Virus record (IMG/VR): IMGVR_UViG_3300032167_000028 | DNA from: a virus | Lineage: Duplodnaviria > Heunggongvirae > Uroviricota > Caudoviricetes | Strand: one strand, 5' to 3' | Length of the DNA stretch: 64,000 nucleotides | Shown here: in pieces, positions 10,583 through 18,660 of the stretch | Layout: every line of letters begins with the position of its first letter | Position numbering within the stretch: position 1 is the stretch's first letter | The notes under the pieces: generated by a model | The model's input: the letters and a program-made list of their open reading frames with translations, nothing else | What the model was told of the DNA's origin: nothing | Databases searched by the model: none | Position numbers and translations under genes: made by a program

Positions 10583-11130
10583 TAGAACTCCTCATGCTTT
10601 TCAAGAATAAAATTAATTGCATCATCAATATTTGTAACTAGAACACCGGCCTGCTTAATAAGTCCAGTTACGTACAGATTTTGATAGCTATACTGCTGTT
10701 CACCGAGTTCTGCACAACCGCCCTTATCTTTAGCCTCACTATGAGTTAAATAACATTGACGATTATCTGTGCAAATACCGACAATATATTTGTGATCGCC
10801 ACGAGCAATCTTTTCATGGAACTTACCAATTTCAGCACAAGTGCCGGAAGGAAGAACATCACCATCAATACAAGCTATTAGAATGTCGGTCTTATCAAGA
10901 CGTTCATTATCACCAATAGCAATAATCTGAGAACCGGCAAAACGCTTCTTTCCTTCGGGTCCATTGAAATCTGCTTCAAGTGGATTGTAGACATCTACAT
11001 TAGGAATTGCCGCGCGAAGCTTAGCTGCCCATTCAGTATTGCGTAGGACATCACCATAATAGAAAATACTACCTGCTAGATAAATATTCATATTCATTTT
11101 ACTCCTTTCTTTTTCTTTATTATATAACAA
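10582..11130 (-). CDS. nucleoside 2-deoxyribosyltransferase-like protein (start probably ~11097)
   Basis: IYLAGSIF, YNP, D...DILIA.IDG, SGTCAEIG. Confidence 0.85.
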   Translation of the reverse strand: MLYNKEKERSKMNMNIYLAGSIFYYGDVLRNTEWAAKLRAAIPNVDVYNPLEADFNGPEGKKRFAGSQIIAIGDNERLDKTDILIACIDGDVLPSGTCAEIGKFHEKIARGDHKYIVGICTDNRQCYLTHSEAKDKGGCAELGEQQYSYQNLYVTGLIKQAGVLVTNIDDAINFILEKHEEF

Positions 11131-11143
11131 AAAGAGAAAAAAG

Positions 11144-13555
11144 TCAAAAATTTTGGGACATAAGTTCTGATAACTAATTTACTAAATCAGCGAAATTCAT
11201 CATATAATACATTTTGATTTTTGTTTGTTTTACTGCATTATCACTTTCACGTCTCCAATCTGCTTCGGTATTTCCTGGATATTTACTACCAACATTGTAA
11301 CCATAAATCTAAGTGCGGACTGTACTTTCAGAAAGATTGCGTTTATAAAAATTTCCATTTGTTTTTATTTCTTGCATGTGTTTATACAATTCTTCAAGGA
11401 TATAAGATTGAGGAATATAAACACCATTAATAACATATAGATGTATTTCCTAGACAGAGTTTGTCTTTCCTATTTCTTGAGCACTTTCTGCAAAAGCTTG
11501 AGATACCATTAATTGAGCATCATCAAACATTAAATAAGAAGCAAAAAGAGAAAAATAATTTTCTAGTGAAGAACGGTTTTTAAAACCTAATAGACCAAGA
11601 CCACTGTTAATTAAAGCAAATTTTAACCACTCAGCATCATCTTGAACATCTAGTACATGAGCCTTTTTACCCATAGCTAAAATATTATCTATTACACTAA
11701 AACCATTATTATCTTTACCCATTGCGCCGCCAGAAAAACCAATTCCGCGTTCCCTCATTTTAGTTCCTGGAACAAAAGTATCTAATAAACCAGACTGATC
11801 TTTTACTGTTGTAAGAACGTTATATTGAGTTAAAATTGCTTTAGCTCCCTATTCTTTTTTAGCAATGGAATTAGCTAAAGCTTCTAGTTTAGCTAGCTGT
11901 TGTCGACGAATTTCTTCAAAAGCTTCCGCATTATGCGTATAATCCTTTACAGAAGCTTCACGTCTTATCCATAGACTTTTCTAAGAGTCTTTAGAATGAT
12001 CATAAGCTTTTTGTAAAATAGAATCCATTTCTTCTTGTGCCTCAATAAGTTCTTTCTAAAGTCCTTTTAATACTTTCTGTTTTTCTTGTATTGGAGCATC
12101 ATCATACTCTAATTCGTAATTAAAATATCCTAGAATACTATCAACTTTTGGATTACCTTTAGGACGATATCCTTTACCAAGAACGGTATTTCCTTCTTTT
12201 CCAATCATTTGTTCGATAGCTTCTTGTATGGTTCTTTCTTCAGAATAATAATAAGTTTGTCGAATAGAAGAAGTAATTGCCTCATTAATCGCAGTTTTAG
12301 ATAGGGCATTATTTAACTAATATCTCTCTGTCAACCATTGCCTAAATTCTTTATTGGTGGAACTTATAGCTTTACTTTTCCAACCTCTACTCTCTCTATA
12401 AGCCTATTTTTCACGTTCATCTTTAGCGAGTTGGTCTAATATTTTTGTCATTATTCGTTCCGCGTCTTTATCAGATTGTTTTATAGACTCTCTTAAAGCT
12501 TTTTGCTCTTCATCCTCTGCGGGGACATTTAAAGAATCCATGTAACTATTGGTTCGTAGTAGAGCTTCTACCTTGTCTTCAATTGATTTTTCATCTAATG
12601 TATCCAATGCTGTTTCAAAACGTTTCATTCTTTCTTTGCTATTACTATTTAAGAAATTTTTGGCTGTGCCATTTTCAGTAATATAACGTTCTTTTAAATC
12701 TTCAGTAACAATTTGTTCAATAATCCACATTAACAGTTCTCGTAAAACAGTTTGAATAATAGCTACATTAAAGTCAACTTTATTAGTAGAAAGATTTATT
12801 TTTAAAGCTTTAGTAACATAAGGTAATAATTTCTTTTCAGCTTTTTCAGCGAAACTGCGGCCAGAACCAGTAAATAATTTATTAGCTCGTTTACTTATTT
12901 CTCCTAAAGAACGAGCAATGGTCATCATTTGTTTTTGGTCAGTTGGACGACCAGCACGTCCTTTTGTACCCCAATATAAATCTTCAGCTAATTTATTATA
13001 GTACTAAATTTTATCATCGTAGTTTACACCTTCTCGGGCCGCCCTTCGTTCAAAACGTTTGGCAGCGTTTACATATTTCTACTAAAGTTCTTTACTACTT
13101 AGTACTCGTTCAATATCAATAGCACTCCAACGTTCTGCTTCATGTCTTATTTGTAAATAAGCCTATTCAGTTCCTTTCTAGGCTTCATTAAGAATTTTAA
13201 TAATTTCAATAAAATTCGCATTTTCTGGGTTAGAAGGAAATTCTATTTCTAATACTTCACAAGTTTTTCGCAGCCATTCTAATTCTTTCTTTCTTTCGTT
13301 GTTGGCGGCGACCATTAAAAAATTAATTGCTTTATCTACCGCAGAATCCTAAAAATTAGGATTTAATTTAGTAAAGCCAATATTATTTAAATATTTCTAT
13401 ACTTCTTCACCTATAACACGATTCATTGCAAACTGTTCATCATCACCAGAAAGTAAGCTTGTATAGTAAATATAATTATTTTTTAAACCTATTCCCAAAG
13501 AAGGGAAATAATTTCCGCTACTAACTTGAGGAGGACCTTTCTTTTTCTTTGCCAT
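11144..13555 (-). CDS. ~803-aa helical/coiled-coil hypothetical protein (possible virion protein), interrupted only by TAG codons
   Basis: Manual translation: one frame from ATG 13555 to TGA 11144 with at least 15 in-frame TAG and no TAA/TGA. It joins track ORFs 13397-13609, 12404-12928 and 11450-11758. Confidence 0.85.
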
Positions 13556-13593
13556 AAAATCACCTAAAAAAATAAGTGAGTAGATTTCTCTAC

Positions 13594-13989
13594 TCACCAA
13601 ATTGTCCAAGCATAATCAAAATGCTTTTGATAACCATTATGTTGCTCCATCTCAGGATCAAAATCATCCCAGTCTTCTTCATCTAAACGATAGAAGCTGT
13701 TTATTTTCTCACGCCAATGACGACGGATAACAGAATTGGTTTCATTCTTAGCATATTGACGCGGCCCGGTGAGATAGAAAGTTCGCCAATACTGAAGAGC
13801 ACTGGGAATATGTCTCACAGGTCCATAGGAGTAATTAAGTTCATCTTCAGTAAGTGAAGCACAATATTCTGGATAATTCATTCCAGAGTAAGCTCCATAA
13901 TGCCAACGTTTAGCGAAACGATTTTTTACTTCGTCCTTATGACGGCACTTACCATGATAGCGAGAAACTTTGCGTCCGTTTTCGTACAT
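13594..13989 (-). CDS. hypothetical protein
   Basis: ORF with AGGAG RBS. Confidence 0.6.
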   Translation of the reverse strand: MYENGRKVSRYHGKCRHKDEVKNRFAKRWHYGAYSGMNYPEYCASLTEDELNYSYGPVRHIPSALQYWRTFYLTGPRQYAKNETNSVIRRHWREKINSFYRLDEEDWDDFDPEMEQHNGYQKHFDYAWTIW

Positions 13990-14265
13990 AAAATCACTCC
14001 TTTATTCAATTAATATAAGGTTATTCTCCGTGACTTACTCTCCAGTTTTCATAATCCTCTTTTGACATTTCACCATAATCGACTGGATTGTATTCAAAAT
14101 AATGTGGAGTTTCTTTCTTTTCAGTATTTTCCATATACTAATTCCTTTCAAAAGTATGGATAGGATTTCACCGCTATATAAAAATAACACACTATTGCGA
14201 ACTTGCGGTGTGTTGGCGCGACACAATTACGGGTTTTGAAGCCCAACCTTAAAAGGGAGATTAAC

Positions 14266-14354
14266 TAGACACGGATACTGCCGAGAGCCTACCTCGGAGT
14301 TGTTTGTAATAAATTGCTATTATTTCTTCTATTCAAGGATTGCTGACGTGTCTA
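14266..14354 (-). ncRNA. CAGCAA-module small RNA, copy A (short)
   Basis: 5' TAGACACG-T-CAGCAAT ... 3' CGTGTCTA; internal hairpin CCGAG/CTCGG. Confidence 0.7.
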
Positions 14355-14358
14355 AGGC

Positions 14359-14432
14359 TGGAGCAAGTAACGGGATTCGAACCCGTGCTATATGCTTGGC
14401 AAGCACATGTACTACCACTATACTATACCTGC
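14359..14432 (-). tRNA. trnG: tRNA-Gly(GCC)
   Basis: Cloverleaf, loop TTGCCAA, TTCGAAT, encoded CCA. Confidence 0.92.
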
Positions 14433-14522
14433 ATTAATATCTTCCTTCAAAACCAATACTTCATCCTAGGAAGATGTGTTCCTTATTCTCCACTATAATT
14501 CAAAGGAACGGTTTCCATTAGT

Positions 14523-14596
14523 TGGAGCACGATATCGGGATCGAACCGACGACATCTGCTTGGAAGGCAGAGATGTTACCGCTACACTAATCGTGC
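14523..14596 (-). tRNA. trnG: tRNA-Gly(TCC)
   Basis: Cloverleaf, loop CTTCCAA, CCA. Confidence 0.92.
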
Positions 14597-14602
14597 AATA
14601 CT

Positions 14603-14661
14603 AGACGGCTGTATCTTACCACAGATAAAAATGCTGGTTTATAAAATTGCTGAAACCGTCT
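14603..14661 (-). ncRNA. CAGCAA-module small RNA, copy B (short)
   Basis: AGACGG-TTT-CAGCAAT ... CCGTCT; internal TATCT/AGATA hairpin. Confidence 0.65.
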
Positions 14662-14664
14662 TTA

Positions 14665-14739
14665 TGGTTGCGGGAGCGGGATTCGAACCCGCGATCTTCA
14701 CCTTATGAGGGTGCTGAGGAACCGCTCCTCCATCCCGCA
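14665..14739 (-). tRNA. trnM: tRNA-Met(CAT)
   Basis: Cloverleaf, loop CTCATAA, CCA. Confidence 0.88.
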
Positions 14740-14897
14740 TTAAAAAATCATACAAACTTGTTTATCCGGTTTTGTATATGGATAATTTGTATCTTCCCAA
14801 GTGACTTGTTTAACAGATATAATTTCATCAAAACATCCATCAACAACTTCCATATCTTGTGGAAAATCTTTTAAATAATTGATAAGCTCTTTTACTG

Positions 14898-15095
14898 TCA
14901 TAGTATATCAATAAAAGTCCACCAAGTTAAAATGTTTTCAGCATATTTAACATCATATCGAGAAAGATAAAACATAAAACGAAATTTTGGTTTATCTGAA
15001 CGTAAAAGTTCTATACCGAACTCATGATTCTTCCAATATGGTATTGTTAATAAATGCTTAAAACTTTTTGGATTTTTGGCTATTTTTCTTTTCAT
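14898..15095 (-). CDS. hypothetical protein
   Basis: ORF track. Confidence 0.45.
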   Translation of the reverse strand: MKRKIAKNPKSFKHLLTIPYWKNHEFGIELLRSDKPKFRFMFYLSRYDVKYAENILTWWTFIDIL

Positions 15096-15177
15096 AAAGA
15101 TTCACCGTGTGCGACTAGTACGCTTCAAATAAATGTGGCCGCACTTATTCTTAGGGCACGGCTACTCTACTCCTAAA

Positions 15178-15252
15178 TGGCTGGGGATGCTGGATTTGAA
15201 CCAGCGAATACGGGAGTCAAAGTCCCGTGCCTTACCGCTTGGCGAATCCCCA
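15178..15252 (-). tRNA. trnQ: tRNA-Gln(TTG)
   Basis: U1-A72/G2-C71/G3-C70/G73, loop CTTTGAC. Confidence 0.93.
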
Positions 15253-15326
15253 ATAAAAGTAAGAAGCTCCCTTTCGCCCGGTATATCTACTCTCAACTAA
15301 GGGATGGTTCTTACATTATCATAGCC

Positions 15327-15439
15327 TAGACTCCAAGTGTTTTGTCCTACCAATTGGACGATCTGCCAAATTTTTTGGCTGGCAAAATCGGACTCGAACC
15401 GATAACATAAACATTACGTTTGATTGCTGTGTGAGTCTA
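15327..15439 (-). ncRNA. CAGCAA-module RNA copy C carrying a circularly permuted tRNA-like body (break in anticodon loop)
   Basis: TAGACTC/GAGTCTA terminal stem; order T-arm (ATCGG TTCGAGT CCGAT), acceptor 3' strand + GCCA, linker, acceptor 5' strand, D-arm. Confidence 0.75.
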
Positions 15440-15444
15440 TTTTA

Positions 15445-15570
15445 TTACTTAGAATACTTACGAATTAGACGATCAAGCTTTCGTACAATATTGGCATTTT
15501 CTACAGGGTTACGTTCAAGTAGTAGGGCTTTACGAGCCTCCAGCATTAGCACACGATCAGAATTAGTCAT
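15445..15570 (-). CDS. small hypothetical protein (41 aa, MTNSDRVLMLEARK...)
   Basis: ATG 15570 with AAGGA RBS, TAA 15445. Confidence 0.45.
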   Translation of the reverse strand: MTNSDRVLMLEARKALLLERNPVENANIVRKLDRLIRKYSK

Positions 15571-15604
15571 AAATATTATTTCCTTTCTTTTTTTTAAAAA
15601 ATAC

Positions 15605-15731
15605 TAGACACTGAAATAAGAAAATTGATTTTCAGTCAATCGCGTAAACCATTCCGCCAAAACTACAACGTATGCAGTCTGTGGGATTTGAACCCACACT
15701 CTTCTTGAAGAAGAATTGCTGTAAGTGTCTA
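15605..15731 (-). ncRNA. CAGCAA-module RNA copy D carrying a permuted tRNA-like body (GAA anticodon arm, break in variable arm)
   Basis: TAGACACT/AGTGTCTA stem; T-arm, looped acceptor, Leu-type D-arm, ATTGA CTGAAAA TCAAT. Confidence 0.75.
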
Positions 15732-15733
15732 AA

Positions 15734-15808
15734 TGGTGGACCCAGAGGGAGTCGAACCCTCAATCCCTGCTTGCAAGGCAGGAGTGTTACCGCTAGCACC
15801 ATGGGCCC
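15734..15808 (-). tRNA. trnA: tRNA-Ala(TGC)
   Basis: Cloverleaf, loop CTTGCAA, CCA. Confidence 0.92.
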
Positions 15809-15825
15809 ATAATAGGAGAGGTTAA

Positions 15826-16110
15826 TTACTCTCCAACGATTTCAACGATCTTTGCACGAACAGTATTATTCTCATTCATTAGAGTCTGAGCATTAGTAAT
15901 CTGACCTTCAATATAATTCTTATATATAATAAGATTCTCGATTACTGCGGAAAGTTCTGCATTAGAAGCATCAATCTTGGTAATAGTATTTCTAAAAACA
16001 TTAAGAGAGGCATTCTTCTGAGCAGTAAGCTTGGTAATATCACTATCAAGTCGAGTATTGAAAGTATTAAAAGCTTGCTGGGCAGTTTTCTTGTTATTGA
16101 ATGTTGACAT
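15826..16110 (-). CDS. hypothetical coiled-coil protein
   Basis: Heptad pattern, AGGAAG RBS. Confidence 0.6.
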   Translation of the reverse strand: MSTFNNKKTAQQAFNTFNTRLDSDITKLTAQKNASLNVFRNTITKIDASNAELSAVIENLIIYKNYIEGQITNAQTLMNENNTVRAKIVEIVGE

Positions 16111-16145
16111 TTAAGCTACTTCCTTTTCTATTATAATATTAGAAG

Positions 16146-16223
16146 TGGGGACGGAGGTGGGATTCGAACCCACGATTTCCAACTTATGAGGATGGCGAGA
16201 TGACCAGGCTTCTCTACTCCGCG
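16146..16223 (-). tRNA. trnM: tRNA-Met(CAT), initiator-like
   Basis: C1 mismatch, loop CTCATAA; anticodon stem lacks the three consecutive G-C pairs. Confidence 0.8.
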
Positions 16224-16349
16224 ATATAAAAAGATGAAAGGAAGGTTAGGAAATGTACATATATGAACAGGAGGAGAACAGCAGCATCGCAAGGAGAATT
16301 GTCCTTCCTTCATCTTATATAAATATTATAACAGTTTTTTTAGAAAAAG

Positions 16350-16808
16350 TCAATTTTTTGTAGTTAGCATTTCAATTGCTTTAGCCGCGTGCTCTGGCAG
16401 CAAACCTTTGCGAAAAGTTGTCTGAATTAAATGATCTTTAATATCAGACATATCATTGTCATCATCAAGAATGACATAATGACTTACATCAGGATTGCGG
16501 CTAAGCCACTCTTTAATTTCATCGCCACGTTCGCCACGAGCATCAGAAATGGTACGATCAACAATTTCAAGACCATAAGGAAGTAGTTGTTCTTTAAGTT
16601 GCTTAGTTCTTAAAGAAGAAATACGCCAAGAGGAAGATAGAACAATTTCTGCACCAGTAATAAAAACAATATCTTGTAGGCACAAAATAGCACGCTGATC
16701 CAGCATTTCATAGCCGCGATACTTCTTTTCGTGATTATCCCAAAGCCAGCGACTAAATTCCTCAGAATTTAATACACCATCAACATCGAGAAAAATAATT
16801 TTTCTCAT
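16350..16808 (-). CDS. HAD-superfamily phosphatase (RNA-repair 'Swiss army knife' type)
   Basis: FLDVDGVLN, IVLSSSWR, RG.EI..WL, YVILDD. Confidence 0.85.
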   Translation of the reverse strand: MRKIIFLDVDGVLNSEEFSRWLWDNHEKKYRGYEMLDQRAILCLQDIVFITGAEIVLSSSWRISSLRTKQLKEQLLPYGLEIVDRTISDARGERGDEIKEWLSRNPDVSHYVILDDDNDMSDIKDHLIQTTFRKGLLPEHAAKAIEMLTTKN

Positions 16809-17365
16809 ACTTCATCTTCCTTTCTAATTGCAACAATATAGCCGCCTATAAGGTTACCCAAAACAACACATAACCAAAGGTGAATTTGTTTTAGATCAAC
16901 ATAAAACCAATCTGCAATAGAATGATTAAATCCTGCGAGAATAAAGGCAACCACACAAAGACTACTAACCCATAATGGAGTTTCTTTTTTTGTAGCAATT
17001 GTCATTAAAATTCCACAACCAATACCGGAACCAATGTAATGATACCACGGATAAATCCATTTATTTGATTGAATTATATCATATGTTTCTAAGATATCAT
17101 ATCGTTGGAATATTAAAAGTAAAAACATTGCAAGAGAAACACCTTGAATATTTCCTACCAATATTGATAATAGTTTTACCAAACTACACGAACCATTCTT
17201 AATATTTTGAATTTGTCCTGTATATAGAGATAATTTACATATTCGTATATATAACAAACCAATTGAAAAGAATAGTGCGGCCAAATAATTATTTGTGATA
17301 CTACAAGATAAAAGTGCGGCGAAACCTATTAGAAAGCCCGCCAATACTGATTTGTTATCATTCAT
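16805..17365 (-). CDS. formate/nitrite transporter (FNT)-like membrane protein
   Basis: LYTG, GNI.G, GIGCGILM, F...GFNHSIAD, LGNLIGG. Confidence 0.75.
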   Translation of the reverse strand: MNDNKSVLAGFLIGFAALLSCSITNNYLAALFFSIGLLYIRICKLSLYTGQIQNIKNGSCSLVKLLSILVGNIQGVSLAMFLLLIFQRYDILETYDIIQSNKWIYPWYHYIGSGIGCGILMTIATKKETPLWVSSLCVVAFILAGFNHSIADWFYVDLKQIHLWLCVVLGNLIGGYIVAIRKEDEV

Positions 17366-17386
17366 ATCATCACTTCTTTCATAAAA

Positions 17387-17460
17387 TGGCAGGGGTTATA
17401 AGATTCGAACTCATACGAGCGGTTTTGGAGACCGATATGCTACCATTACATCAAACCCCT
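17387..17460 (-). tRNA. trnW: tRNA-Trp(CCA)
   Basis: Cloverleaf, loop CTCCAAA. Confidence 0.92.
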
Positions 17461-17463
17461 AAA

Positions 17464-17537
17464 TGGAGTGTCTAACTGGATTCGAACCAGTGTATACGGA
17501 GTTGCAGTCCGCCGCCTAGCCACTCGGCAATAGACAC
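17464..17537 (-). tRNA. trnC: tRNA-Cys(GCA)
   Basis: Cloverleaf, loop CTGCAAC, U73. Confidence 0.92.
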
Positions 17538-18204
17538 ATATAAAAATGACGACCTAAGCCTTTTTGCCGTTAGAAAGCATTATCTTGTCGTCTGGGTGGG
17601 TGGATAAATATCGGACTCCGCCTTATCCGGAACTCTAAATCTAACTGAGCTATGACCCCAATCATTAATAGTGTTTTGGACGTATCCGGGGTAGGAGAAA
17701 ACCGATCAAAGTTTTCTTTAACACTCAACCTCAGTAAAAATGTAAGAGATTTGCCGGCTTACCGTCTGCTTTTACCTCACGTTCAGGTACTCTTACTGCG
17801 GGCTAAGCCCAACGTCACTTGGGAAACAACAGAACCGCATATCTGTACTCTACTTTCCAATGAAAGTAATTAACGTTGAGTAACTCCGTTTCACCGAAAA
17901 CAGTCGCTTAGGATTTTCACCCTATTTGCGGTTAATGACTCCGCCGTTTTTCATTCATACAGTTAGTTACTATTATTTTCATTATATCCAATTCACGGGC
18001 CTAATAATATTGATGTAACTACTTTGTATCTTTTAAACTATCTGCACCTATCACGATTACCCAATCGACATTTCTGTCCTTATGCCGGGCCAGCTGGCGT
18101 GCATTTTATTAAGCATAGCTATTATTTCAAGCCTATTGGTGTATCCGTTACAGGTCCCGCACTTTTCAGCCTGCTATTCAAGGGTTCGGGACGGATGGCT
18201 CCTT

Positions 18205-18280
18205 TGGTCTCCTGCACAGGATTTGAACCCGTATTCTGCGGTCCGTAGCCGCATGTTCTGTCCAGTTGAACTAACAAGAG
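18205..18280 (-). tRNA. trnR: tRNA-Arg(ACG)
   Basis: Cloverleaf, loop CTACGGA. Confidence 0.9.
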
Positions 18281-18352
18281 TTAATGTCGGACTACCCACT
18301 TCCCACCGACTCTAACGCACGCTCAATTTCGTGTCTGCGTCTCCCTTTTTTT

Positions 18353-18429
18353 GCGAGAACAACGAGAAAAGAATTCTTGTATAAAAGAAGATTTTAAGTC
18401 TTTTGAAGTATCTCTTCTCTCTGCATCGC
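18353..18429 (-). ncRNA. candidate Y-RNA 1 downstream of TROVE gene
   Basis: GCGATGCAG-stem-ATACTTCA...ATTCT-stem-TTCTCGC; bulged terminal helix; repeat of 18527-18651. Confidence 0.6.
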
Positions 18430-18444
18430 GAATGAAAACATAAA

Positions 18445-18520
18445 AAGAAACCACGGGCCGCGGCCCAACGGTACCGAACTCGACCAATCTGAATACAGAT
18501 TCCGTATAACGTGGTTTCTT
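18445..18520 (-). ncRNA. structured small RNA between the two Y-RNA candidates
   Basis: 11-bp terminal stem AAGAAACCACG/CGTGGTTTCTT with internal hairpins. Confidence 0.45.
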
Positions 18521-18526
18521 AAAATT

Positions 18527-18651
18527 GTGAGAATGTCATAGAGAGAATTTTTTTCTCCCTTGTTGTAGCCAACAAAGGTATTTTTGTTGAAATTCTTTGC
18601 AAATTCAAATAAATCTCATCATAAATGAAGTATCTCTCTATGCTGCATCAC
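18527..18651 (-). ncRNA. candidate Y-RNA 2, starting 10 nt after the TROVE stop codon
   Basis: GTGATGCAGC-ATAGAGAG-ATACTTCA...CTCTCTAT-GACATTC-TCAC. Confidence 0.6.
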
Positions 18652-18660
18652 AATACTTGT

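Noticed and set aside
11144-13555. Pseudogene or sequencing-error explanation for the fragmented ORFs
   Set aside because: All interruptions are TAG in a single frame, never TAA/TGA or frameshifts, and a CUA-bearing tRNA is present.
17625-17662. tRNA call for GGGGTCATAGCTCAGTTAGATTTAGAG
   Set aside because: No T-arm or complementary acceptor strand; kept only as part of an ncRNA candidate.
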